Of a stretch of DNA of 64,000 bases, positions 41,981 through 51,358 are shown one piece after another. The notes beneath the pieces were generated by a model. It saw only the letters and a list, made by a program, of their open reading frames with translations. It ran no database searches and was not told where the DNA came from. This DNA comes from Candidatus Heimdallarchaeota archaeon (GTDB lineage: Archaea; Asgardarchaeota; Heimdallarchaeia; Hodarchaeales; Hodarchaeaceae), in NCBI GenBank assembly GCA_020353515.1, contig CP070695.1:2030064-2094063 (forward strand), in the 5' to 3' direction. Position numbers and translations under genes: made by a program. Numbering within the stretch: position 1 is the first letter of the stretch; each line of letters begins with the position of its first letter.

Positions 41981-42469
41981 CTATTCTGATTTACTTGTGC
42001 TGCGAGGGGCTATTTTATTTATTAAGCTCCTTAAAAGGTCAAAAGGTGATTTTTTCTCGCTTGGTCGAGTAAAAGAAGTTACCTTCTTTCCAATCCATCC
42101 TCCAATATATCCAAAACACCCTGTATATCCTCCAACAATGACACCTAAGATAATAAACATAATTATATTTGAAATTGCAAATCCTTGTATTATGATCAAA
42201 CCTCCAATAGCTAGAATAGGAGATAATATCACCCCACTGAGAAATGTGGTTTCAAATCCCTCCTTTGTACTTCGGGTCAAAAAACCACTAATTAATCCAG
42301 GAATCGCCAGAAAAATCCAAAATGTGGATATTACCAAATTGACATCTTGAATCGTATTGATTTCATAATTTAGAAATAGAAACAAGTAAGTAATTAAACC
42401 TACTTGAGGTAGAATGAACGCTATCATATCTGGGAGGTATAATCGTATTTCACTTTTACTTTCTGCCAT
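41981..42469 (-). CDS. Hypothetical membrane protein (about 4 TM, Gly-rich C-terminal helix)
   Basis: Hydrophobic helices; ATG 42469 avoids overlap with the upstream gene. Confidence 0.65.
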   Translation of the reverse strand: MAESKSEIRLYLPDMIAFILPQVGLITYLFLFLNYEINTIQDVNLVISTFWIFLAIPGLISGFLTRSTKEGFETTFLSGVILSPILAIGGLIIIQGFAISNIIMFIILGVIVGGYTGCFGYIGGWIGKKVTSFTRPSEKKSPFDLLRSLINKIAPRSTSKSE

Positions 42470-42539
42470 CAAATAATGCTCCAAATCTAAAATTTTCGTG
42501 CTTAAGAACTTATTTATTTTATCTTCAATATATTTTCTT

Positions 42540-43532
42540 TTATTCAAGTGAAACATTTTGAAATTTGATTTTTCCTGGTATTGGTTGCCACAATAATAGG
42601 GGTACTGATTCCCACATTTCTTGTGAGCTTTCAATAGACGGGGTGTCCATTCCAGTTAACACAGTTTGATATTTCGATAATAATCCCTTAGCAAGGTATG
42701 AGAAAGACTTTGCTGCAAGAAAAACTCTCTTAAGGTTTGGAAATTCATTAAAGTTTACATCAAACACCCTTTTCGCTAGTTTTTCTAAATTATTGATGTC
42801 CATATCCTTTTCTAAACAATAGACCCATGTTTCCTCTCCTGAAGGTTTAATTATTTTAAAATCACAAACTTTATCCCTCGATAAATGCTGAGAGGTAGTA
42901 ACTTCAATTTTTCCTGATATGTGTGAGGAACAAAATACTGCAAATCGAAGTTCAAAAGCACGAGGTTTTGAATCCAGTTGAATTAATGATGAAAACAAAA
43001 AAGAAATGAAACTAGGATCCTCATGTGCTAATCGGGTTAATAGATCACAAATTTTTTTGTTTCCATGATAATTGTTGAGATTTTGAATTTTCAAATCTCT
43101 TGCGAATTCTAATGTTAGTGGGATCGTTAGTCCCTCGACATCGCATAATTCACTGATTTGCGATTGTTCGTAACTAGATAAAGCTGTTGTAGGCTTACCT
43201 GTTTTTTTCCACCATCTCTTCTTTGTTTTTCCTTTTTCTTTCGACCCCATAAGGCTATGATAGAGATCTTCAGTCTCAGGACGTTTACCCGGAATGGTTC
43301 TTTTAGTGATTATAGATTTATCGACCTCTTCTTTAATTAATGGCTTTCCACAAATATTACACGAGTAAAACACTTTCCCTTCGTGATCCATACCTTGTGC
43401 TACTCCAATCTCACACAGAAAGTTCTTTTTACAGCTTGTACAGAACCATATCAAATCATTAGCATCATATTCTTGGGTTCTTCCTTTTTCATGATAGCAC
43501 TTACTGCATGAGGCTTGACATTTCACCTTCAT
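42540..43532 (-). CDS. Cys-rich Zn-finger protein with C-terminal restriction-endonuclease-like fold (degenerate)
   Basis: Eight Cys in aa 5-61 (CSKC, CTSC, CNIC); C-terminal FELRFA...CDFKI....EETWVYC pattern. Confidence 0.55.
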   Translation of the reverse strand: MKVKCQASCSKCYHEKGRTQEYDANDLIWFCTSCKKNFLCEIGVAQGMDHEGKVFYSCNICGKPLIKEEVDKSIITKRTIPGKRPETEDLYHSLMGSKEKGKTKKRWWKKTGKPTTALSSYEQSQISELCDVEGLTIPLTLEFARDLKIQNLNNYHGNKKICDLLTRLAHEDPSFISFLFSSLIQLDSKPRAFELRFAVFCSSHISGKIEVTTSQHLSRDKVCDFKIIKPSGEETWVYCLEKDMDINNLEKLAKRVFDVNFNEFPNLKRVFLAAKSFSYLAKGLLSKYQTVLTGMDTPSIESSQEMWESVPLLLWQPIPGKIKFQNVSLE

Positions 43533-43639
43533 TCAAATTAAACTCCAAAACTAATCAATGTCATTATATCAGTCATAGAATATCAATCTTTGTGAATAAG
43601 GGAGATTTACATCCAACAATAAGAATGAAATTGCTAATG

Positions 43640-44587
43640 CTAGAATACTACATTCTGAGCAAATTCTTGTTTCAAAAAATCTATGATTAACGTTTTAGGA
43701 AAACGGATTTTACCTTCTTTTCGGAATATCTTGATGCTTTTAGCAAAAGAAGCTTCTACATAAGTTAGAAATGATTCAGCAATTATCCGTGAAGTTATAG
43801 GATCGGATTCTTTATCAGTTACTATTGCACACATTACTCCTTCTCGTTTAACGGTCAATATACGGCCATGTTCGGTGGTAATTGAATTTAATCCCTCACT
43901 AGGTCCGATAACGCCACTGGCGAATTGATCAAGGGCATATAAAAAGCCAGGTACCATATCTTCATCGAAGTCTTCTCCAGTTTTTGTGAAACGATGAGAA
44001 GCAATGGGGATACCTGTAGGAAGATATAAATAGATACCAATCAGCTTTACCTTCTTCTGGGTAAGAATTGGAAGTATTTTCTGGGAGAACCACTCAATAG
44101 CTTCAATAAAATTTGTACCTTCTTTCATAGAGACCTGAAAGATTCGAAAAGATCGTTGTGGATTTTTTTTAGGAAGTTGATCTAATTTTATTTGTTGCAT
44201 CAATTCATCTAATTCAATTTGAGCGATATCTGACTTATTTGCTAGTATCAAGATAGGAGCTGTGTGATTCCATTCTAGACACTTCCAAAACCATTCAACT
44301 ACTTGATCAAATCTTTTGGTGTCACTCGAGTCAATAACAAAAATAATTCCATGGGATAATTGAACATAAGTTTTCCAGAACATCTCTCGAAATGAAATGT
44401 GTCCTCCTAAATCGAAAAGTTGGAAGAGACTCCCTTTCAACTCTACTGATTCTATATCTAGACCCTGAGTTGGGCTTATAGTAGGAACAAATTTTCCTGT
44501 AACTAACCTTTTTGCCAATGTTGTTTTTCCAGCATTTTCTAATCCTACTATAGCAATAGGAATCCGTTTTTCAGATAGACCTTCCAA
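43640..44587 (-). CDS. Arf/Sar1-family small GTPase with C-terminal longin-like domain
   Basis: GLENAGKTT, PTQG, FDLGGH, ANKSD and VSMK motifs; C-terminal GIYLYLPTGIPIAS...MVPGFLYALDQF. Confidence 0.88.
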   Translation of the reverse strand: MEGLSEKRIPIAIVGLENAGKTTLAKRLVTGKFVPTISPTQGLDIESVELKGSLFQLFDLGGHISFREMFWKTYVQLSHGIIFVIDSSDTKRFDQVVEWFWKCLEWNHTAPILILANKSDIAQIELDELMQQIKLDQLPKKNPQRSFRIFQVSMKEGTNFIEAIEWFSQKILPILTQKKVKLIGIYLYLPTGIPIASHRFTKTGEDFDEDMVPGFLYALDQFASGVIGPSEGLNSITTEHGRILTVKREGVMCAIVTDKESDPITSRIIAESFLTYVEASFAKSIKIFRKEGKIRFPKTLIIDFLKQEFAQNVVF

Positions 44588-44724
44588 GCTTGTCTCTTCT
44601 CCTTAAGAGGAGTATTTAAAAGTCAAAATGTTTTTCATATTATAGCTTGTTTGAGTAATAGATCGAATTTAATTTAAAAAGTATTCTAGGAAAATTATTC
44701 AGATACCTCTCCACATTTGGAATT

Positions 44725-45432
44725 TCATTTTCCTATTGGACACACTTTGATACAAACTCCACAGATTGAAACTCCAATGAATTCCATTTTTCTGATTCTT
44801 TCCAATCTAGTATGACATTTCTTCGCGTCAAGTACATCCTCTCTTTTTACTGGATATGCTTTGAAATCAAAGGATTTTAGTGCGTTTATTGGGCAGACAT
44901 CAATACATTTCGTACATTTTCCACAATTTTGATCCTCAAACGGTTTTCCTGCGTGTAATGGGATATCTGTTAGAACTGTTGCTAGTCGAACTCGTGGGCC
45001 AAATTTTGGTGTAATCAAGAGGAGATTTTTTCCTATCCATCCAAGCCCAGCACCTCTAGCAAATGCTTTGTGTGAAGCATTTGAATAGAGTTTGCTCAGT
45101 CCAATACTTAAAGATGCGGGGATAGCAAGAGCTGAATAGCCATAGTGGAGAATTTTTTCCGAAAGGCGTAATGTTATCAGATCTAGAAGAGAATTTGTAG
45201 TTGTGTAATAATGCGCGTAAATTTCTCCTGGGTTCTTATTCGTAATTAACTTAAAAACGTCTTGTGGTAAAGCAACTGCAATTGATATGGCATAATTAAA
45301 GTTTTCCAACAGGTTTGGAGGATTTGTGTTGAGTGATTGTAATGATTTTAATTCTGCTACACCTGCTAAAGTAGCTCCCAGCGTGAGAGCATAATCGATT
45401 ATATCATTTGTGAAATCTTGATTCTTCGACAT
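44725..45432 (-). CDS. QueG-like 4Fe-4S double-cluster protein
   Basis: SHK..A..AGLGWIGKN.LLITPKFGPRVRL; CGKCTKCIDVCP; CGVCIKVCP. Confidence 0.88.
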   Translation of the reverse strand: MSKNQDFTNDIIDYALTLGATLAGVAELKSLQSLNTNPPNLLENFNYAISIAVALPQDVFKLITNKNPGEIYAHYYTTTNSLLDLITLRLSEKILHYGYSALAIPASLSIGLSKLYSNASHKAFARGAGLGWIGKNLLLITPKFGPRVRLATVLTDIPLHAGKPFEDQNCGKCTKCIDVCPINALKSFDFKAYPVKREDVLDAKKCHTRLERIRKMEFIGVSICGVCIKVCPIGK

Positions 45433-45505
45433 CGTTTTATCCTCTAGAATTGTTTTTCCAAATATTTAGAATCATGAGATTTATTTTAACAGAGGTGTCA
45501 ATATC

Positions 45506-46276
45506 ATGAGTAAATGGAAAGAATTAGATCAAACGTTAAATAAATATCTTAGACTTGCTTCCTTTCCAATCGCAGTCAAACTTCTTGAAGATGACCAGGA
45601 ATTATCAAGGATTAACTTTTTAAAACGGCCAAAAAAGAAATTAGCACTTTGTCAGATTTTCAGTTACTCTCGCTACTATGGTTGGACAATAGGGTTCACT
45701 TAAGCTAATAATATTTGCCCTCTTGCAGAGATAGCTGTTGGGTTTGAACAACCATACAAATCCTTCTTAGAGGGGGATTTTTTTGTTGGAAGGTACAATA
45801 AAACTCCTGAAGGAGCCAAGAAAACATCAGAAATGATTCCTAGAATTCCTCATGGGAAAATTACGGCTATTGTTTCAGGAGCATTACATCGAGTTGATTC
45901 TGATCCAGATTTCATCTTGATTTATGGGAATTCTGCTCAAATGTTGAGGATAATCCAGGGTGCATTATGGAATGAAGGAGGTAGAATAACAGTATCAACT
46001 TTTGGTGATGCTGTTTGTGCTGATACAATATCAAAAGCTTTTCTTACAGGAGAGATGCAGATTGCTATACCATGCTTAGGTGATCGCTGATTTGAACTTG
46101 CCAAAGATAGTGATCTGGTTGCTTCTATACCCATTGATCTGATTGATCCAGTAATAGAAGGACTAGAAGGGACTCATAAGGGTGGTTCGCGATAACCGAT
46201 TCCTTTTGAGATATGTACCCCAGAAGCATTTACTCAAATGAGTGAATATTTAGAAGAAGCAAAGAAGGTACAATGA
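45506..46276 (+). pseudogene. DUF169 family pseudogene with three in-frame stops
   Basis: ORFs 45506 and 45833 share one frame; stops at TAA 45701, TGA 46088 and TAA 46193; read-through gives 256 codons with PIAVKL, CQ, CPLA, PDFILIYGNSAQM, CAD and PCLGDR motifs. Confidence 0.85.
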
Positions 46277-46279
46277 TTA

Positions 46280-46825
46280 TCAGGTAAAATTCCACAAGAG
46301 ATCAGATGGTACTAATTCTTGTTCTGTTCGTTTCATCTCGTAGCCATACTCATACGAACTTAAGCACATCAATGTCCGTGATCGAGCCACACCAGGTAGA
46401 TTAACGATTTTCAATATGATATGTTCTAAGGAATCAAGACTACGGGTTTTTACCTTAATTATTACATCAGAATCCCCTGTGATATGATGCATTTCAGCGA
46501 TCTCTAACTCATCTACCCGAAGAAGTAAATGTTGCTCAGTGAGAGCCCAGGTCTGTCTAGCACGGTCTAAAGCAACAAGAATGAATGCTGTAATTTCTTT
46601 ACCAAGTTTTTTCTCATTCGTGATGATGGTATAACCTAAAATGATCCCCTTTTCCTGAAGAGTGTTAATTCGATTTTGAATCGTCTGAGGGGAAACTTCC
46701 AGCTCCTCAGCAATCTCTCGTCGTGTCATCCGGGAATTCTTTTTCATTAATGTAATAATTTTGCGATCAATTGAATCAATATCATCTAGGTTGGTTATCA
46801 AAGTTAATTCCTCTATTAATCTCAA
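46280..46825 (-). CDS. Lrp/AsnC family transcriptional regulator
   Basis: DSIDRKII..NSR..EIAEEL HTH and HHITGDSDVIIKV. Confidence 0.92.
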   Translation of the reverse strand: MRLIEELTLITNLDDIDSIDRKIITLMKKNSRMTRREIAEELEVSPQTIQNRINTLQEKGIILGYTIITNEKKLGKEITAFILVALDRARQTWALTEQHLLLRVDELEIAEMHHITGDSDVIIKVKTRSLDSLEHIILKIVNLPGVARSRTLMCLSSYEYGYEMKRTEQELVPSDLLWNFT

Positions 46826-46979
46826 ATGTCCATTCTATTATATAAGACTATGTATATTTGTAAATCAATTCAGAATTTCAATAGAGTTTCGTCCATCAGA
46901 TAGTATATTAGACTAATCACTTTCATTAATTATCCAGAAGGAAATATTTTTTTTCAGACATAAATGAAGGTAGTTTGAA

Positions 46980-48317
46980 ATGAAAAGTAGCGTTCTAGTA
47001 AAGTCTGATCACTCCTCTTTCTTAATTAAATATGCAGATTGGGTTAAAAAGCTTCCAGAAAGTGAAATTCGCAGATTATTAAGATTTTCCCCTAAATATT
47101 ATTTTAGTGGGGGAAAACCTGGTATTCTTCCTGTTGACACCTTTCATCAGATAATGGAAGAAATTATTTCTGAAGAAAGGATCTTACTAAAGCGAAAAGA
47201 CAGTAAAGTTCTTGAGAAGTACAACTATGGGGCAACAGAAGGTAATGTAGATTTACGTACAATATTAGCTAATCGTCTCAGGAAGCGAGATCATGTTTCG
47301 TGTTCTGCTGAAGATGTCTTGATAACAGCTGGTTCTCAACAAACTCTTTTCGCTATTAATGATTGTTTAATCAATCCTGGAGATATTATTCTAACAACAA
47401 GACCAACTTATCTAGGTTTTTTATTACCTGCAGAGAAATTCGGTGCAATAATTGTCACTCTTCCATCAGACGACGGTGGTTTAATGCCTGAATTCATTGA
47501 TAGCGCAGTGAAGCTATGTAAACAGAAATTTAACAAGGTTCCAAAGATTTTATACACTATTCCTTATTCAGATAATCCCAAAGGGACGACACTTTCATCT
47601 AAAAGAAAACAACAGATAATTGACATTGTTTTTAGTTACAATGATCTCCTGATTGTCGAGGACGTTGCCTATAAAGAAATCCAATTTGGAAAGACTGGGA
47701 ATTACATTCGCCCATTAAAAGAAAATGACCCTGAAAATCAGCGAATTGCGTACTTGTCAACCTCTACAAAAGAAGCAGCCTCGTTTCGGATGGGGTATAG
47801 TGTCCTTCCGGAGGGCTTACGCCATGCTATGGTTAAAGCAAAAGGATATTATGATTTATGTTCGTCTGAATTTGTCCAAGCGATTCTTGCACGTTATTAC
47901 GAGAAATACATCGATCTAACACTTCCTTTAATCCGTCAGGGTTATGAAGAACGATGTAAAGCTATGGTTAAGGCGATAAAGGAGTATATGCCAGATGGCT
48001 CTAGTACTAATCCCACAGGAGGGTTTTTTGTTTGGTTTGAAGCAGCTAATCAGGATTTCGATTCTCATTCATTTGTTCAGAAGGCAATAGAGAAAGGAGT
48101 TGCTTATGTGCCTGGTTTTGCTTTTTATCCACAATTTGGTTATGCTGTTACTGAAGACTCCAAGTTGGTTAGACTAGAACGTCCAACAAACTCAATGAGA
48201 ATTGGATATTCATTATTATCTCCCAAATTCATTACAGATGGCATAAAACTCCTAGGAAAACTAATGAAAGAAGAAACAAGAAAAGTCCCAAGTAAATTTT
48301 CCACCTTCATGGTGTAG
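46980..48317 (+). CDS. PLP-dependent aminotransferase class I/II
   Basis: YGATEG, ITAGSQQ, NPKG, VEDVAY, STSTK..FRMG and GGFFVW motifs. Confidence 0.92.
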   Translation: MKSSVLVKSDHSSFLIKYADWVKKLPESEIRRLLRFSPKYYFSGGKPGILPVDTFHQIMEEIISEERILLKRKDSKVLEKYNYGATEGNVDLRTILANRLRKRDHVSCSAEDVLITAGSQQTLFAINDCLINPGDIILTTRPTYLGFLLPAEKFGAIIVTLPSDDGGLMPEFIDSAVKLCKQKFNKVPKILYTIPYSDNPKGTTLSSKRKQQIIDIVFSYNDLLIVEDVAYKEIQFGKTGNYIRPLKENDPENQRIAYLSTSTKEAASFRMGYSVLPEGLRHAMVKAKGYYDLCSSEFVQAILARYYEKYIDLTLPLIRQGYEERCKAMVKAIKEYMPDGSSTNPTGGFFVWFEAANQDFDSHSFVQKAIEKGVAYVPGFAFYPQFGYAVTEDSKLVRLERPTNSMRIGYSLLSPKFITDGIKLLGKLMKEETRKVPSKFSTFMV

Positions 48318-48345
48318 TACCTAAAATCCCATTATGTGAGTCTTC

Positions 48346-49287
48346 ATGGAAAATCGATCGTCTGCATATATTGCAGTATTTATTGCAGCAGTTTTATGGG
48401 GAACACCATATACAGTCGTCAAGATTGGATTATCAATACTTTCTCCTCCCTTACCTCCACTTGGTTACCTTTGGCTTCGTTTTCTAATTGCATTCCTGTT
48501 ACTATTTCCTTTATTTCTTTCCACACCAATCCGAAATGACATTTTTAAGCTCCTAAAGAACAAATCCATTGTCTTTCTTGGAGTAATTAATGGTTCAACT
48601 TATGTTTTACAATTTCTAGGACAAGTGGGGACAACTGCTGCAATAGCTACACTTTTAGCAAGCACATATTTAATTTCAACCCCAATCTTCTCTTCCTATT
48701 TTCAAGGAACGAAAATTACTCTAAAATTAAAGTTTGCCGTTTTTGGAGGGATTAGTGGAGCATTAATCGTTTCTTGGAGCGTTTCATCTGATATAACAGC
48801 TTTAGAGGACACTTTAACTTTCATTATCAGCACATTCTTAGTACTTATGTCAGGACTTGTATGGGGGGGTTATGGAGTAGCGTCTAGTGAGATTAGTAAG
48901 AAAGCTATAGAAGAAGGCATTGAAGAAATGGCTAATTCGCCAGCAGTATTCGCTTCGTCCAACTTCTTTTCTTTACTAATGGTTAGTATCTTAATGCTGA
49001 TATTAAATCAATCACCCAGTGTTGAATCACTAAAATTAGAGGCCTGGATAGCAGTAATATATTTAGCGGTATTTTGTACACTTTTACCATTCATTTTGTA
49101 TATCTACGCGGGTAAAGTGATTGAAGCAACAGAAATGAATGTTATTCTCCTTTTAAACATCATTGTAGGATTAATTATTGCACACATAGTTTTAGCTGAG
49201 GTTTTATCGTTTTTTGGATTACTAGGGAGTTTTTTGATAATTTCTTCGATTTATCTAGCAAGTTCATCAGAGGGTAATATAACTTAA
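48346..49287 (+). CDS. DMT/EamA family transporter
   Basis: AVLWG....K, LRFLIA and YLAVFCTL motifs; about ten TM helices. Confidence 0.9.
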   Translation: MENRSSAYIAVFIAAVLWGTPYTVVKIGLSILSPPLPPLGYLWLRFLIAFLLLFPLFLSTPIRNDIFKLLKNKSIVFLGVINGSTYVLQFLGQVGTTAAIATLLASTYLISTPIFSSYFQGTKITLKLKFAVFGGISGALIVSWSVSSDITALEDTLTFIISTFLVLMSGLVWGGYGVASSEISKKAIEEGIEEMANSPAVFASSNFFSLLMVSILMLILNQSPSVESLKLEAWIAVIYLAVFCTLLPFILYIYAGKVIEATEMNVILLLNIIVGLIIAHIVLAEVLSFFGLLGSFLIISSIYLASSSEGNIT

Positions 49288-49446
49288 TTAAGTCACAAAG
49301 TCTTTTCTTTTTCGCATCTCCTAATATAATTTAACGAAAGAAGTGATTTCAGTAGATAAAAGGTTCTTTTGACGAATCTACAAGGATTTTTACTTAGAAT
49401 TATGTCCTATTAAGCATTAAATACATGATTTAGCTACCGGGTACTT

Positions 49447-49686
49447 ATGCAAAAGTCAGTTATGAATAAGATCTGGAATATAATTACACTAGAGGGTTAT
49501 CTCAAAGGATTAACTAGGACTCCTCAACGAAAAATCTTTGTAATAAAAGATCCACAGACTAATCCCTCACTAGTAATAATGGATAGTAACGAATATTTCG
49601 ATAATGCGAATGGAGACTTGTTTATTGGGAGAGAATTACCAAGAAAAGACACTTTGATTGAGCTTATTCGAGAACACCAGAGCTAA
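49447..49686 (+). CDS. Small hypothetical protein
   Basis: 79-aa ATG ORF in an otherwise empty gap; no recognised motif. Confidence 0.45.
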   Translation: MQKSVMNKIWNIITLEGYLKGLTRTPQRKIFVIKDPQTNPSLVIMDSNEYFDNANGDLFIGRELPRKDTLIELIREHQS

Positions 49687-49969
49687 AAGGGCTTTACTAC
49701 ATGTGATCAAGGTAATAGAACATTTTGATCTCTAATGTAGTTCATATTTCCATTTAACTTAAAAAACCATAATGAAAGGTTTAAAATTCCTCAATGAATA
49801 ATCAATTAATCTTCTGAGATAGAATTGAGGAAAACATCGTGCTTGAATTCTCAAACCACATCTCATATATAGTTGGATTAGTAAGATTTTTTTGGGCTTT
49901 CAAATGATTTCAAGACTAATAATGTCCTCACACCAGTGTTTTTTTTAGATCTGATATGGAAGGAGTTAA

Positions 49970-50551
49970 GTGACGTATCCAATAGGGTATAGGGAGTCAT
50001 ATTTCAAGATATGCATAATTGGAGACGGAGGAGTAGGAAAAACTTCCTTACGTGAACGACTTTTAGGAGAGGATTTTGAAAGTACTTACTTGTTAACTAT
50101 TGGCGCTGATTTTGCCACTTATGAGACCGAAATTGAGAACCAACAATTCAAATTTCAAATCTGGGATTTAGCAGGACAACAACGTTTTAATGTAGTCAGA
50201 TCGATTTATTATAGGGGTTCACATGGAGCAATTTTAGTCTTTGATCAATCTCGACCAGAGTCATTTTCTAATTTAGAAGAATGGAAGAATGAAATGTATA
50301 CACACGTTGGTCGGAAGATCCCATTTATTGTGTTGGGGAATAAGAGCGACTTAAAGAATAGAATAGATCAGGTAGCTTTGCAGGAATTCATCGAAAAATC
50401 TGAAAATGAGTTTTCATTCCTCAATGTTCCATTTACAATACCATATCTTAATACATCTGCGCGTACAAGTTATAATGTTGAGGAAGCTTTCACGGCTTTG
50501 GCTCACACGATAAGAGATTTCATCCTCGCAACAGAAAACCGTGTAATATGA
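49970..50551 (+). CDS. Rab-like small GTPase
   Basis: GDGGVGKT, TIGADF, WDLAGQ, NKSD and TSAR motifs; AGGAG SD; no C-terminal Cys. Confidence 0.93.
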   Translation: MTYPIGYRESYFKICIIGDGGVGKTSLRERLLGEDFESTYLLTIGADFATYETEIENQQFKFQIWDLAGQQRFNVVRSIYYRGSHGAILVFDQSRPESFSNLEEWKNEMYTHVGRKIPFIVLGNKSDLKNRIDQVALQEFIEKSENEFSFLNVPFTIPYLNTSARTSYNVEEAFTALAHTIRDFILATENRVI

Positions 50552-50642
50552 TCAAGTAATGTAGAAACTGTCGAATATATTTGACTAATATAGAATGAAT
50601 TATAAAATAATGATCCCAAAATTCCAACTGGAGAAGAGTAAT

Positions 50643-51134
50643 ATGTCAAAAAACTTGAAGGAAAAGCTTATAGAGGAGTTTCCTGGTAAGATGGAAAACG
50701 AACAAGCATTTGTGATCCAATTCATAATGATTGAAGCTCAAAAAGGGAATAAACCTCCTTCTAAGGACGAAATTGATAACTGTATCCAAGAGATGATCAA
50801 AGACGGAACTTTTGAGAAAAAAGGGCCACTATTAATCTTGAAAACAACGAAACCAACAATCACACAGCTTGAAGAAGTGGAGGAGGAAGAGGAAAATTTT
50901 CCAGTTGTATCAGCGAGTTCTATTAAAGGAAATTTTACAGAAAACCAAAGGAAAATCCTCGCGGCATTTCAAGGAACATATGAGGATCGTACCGCTGTTG
51001 TTATGAACGCCACAATAACTGAATTGTCTCAAGGGAGAAAACCTCCTGATAAAGAAGCGTTGGAAAAAAGTATTGATGAATTAGTAGAAAATGGGACATT
51101 AGAACTAAAGGGGAGCTTATTAATCAAAAAATAG
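50643..51134 (+). CDS. Protein of two tandem ~60-aa winged-helix-like repeats with an acidic linker
   Basis: Repeat 1 G.KPPSKDEID..I.EMI.DGT.E.KG.LLI matches repeat 2 G.KPPDKEALE..I.ELV.NGT.E.KG.LLI; ATG 50643 follows GGAG. Confidence 0.7.
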   Translation: MSKNLKEKLIEEFPGKMENEQAFVIQFIMIEAQKGNKPPSKDEIDNCIQEMIKDGTFEKKGPLLILKTTKPTITQLEEVEEEEENFPVVSASSIKGNFTENQRKILAAFQGTYEDRTAVVMNATITELSQGRKPPDKEALEKSIDELVENGTLELKGSLLIKK

Positions 51135-51358
51135 AAGAAGTTGAGAGAATAGAATATATCACTGGGGTATTCTTTTAATAACATAACATAAGATTCCATA
51201 CTTTCAAATCAGAAATCTATGTTCAAAAAGACGAACAGTCCGTTCGTACTTTAAAACGCGATGTACTAATTTTACGGTAGACTGTTCGACTGTATAGGTA
51301 TTTAAACAGGTATTTTATGTAAATAACCACATTTAAAAAGAGACATGGTGATGATTTA

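Noticed and set aside
45506-46276. Stop-codon recoding (Sec/Pyl or alternative genetic code) in DUF169
   Set aside because: Two of the stops are TAA at apparently different residues, the TGA falls at a probable Arg rather than Cys position, and all three stop codons terminate normal genes elsewhere in the window
49696-49741. SECIS element
   Set aside because: The GA pairs Watson-Crick with TC instead of forming the tandem GA/GA core, and no adjacent gene has a Sec-type TGA
51232-51246. LexA (Cheo) box
   Set aside because: Spacer is 5 nt rather than 4, and the host is archaeal
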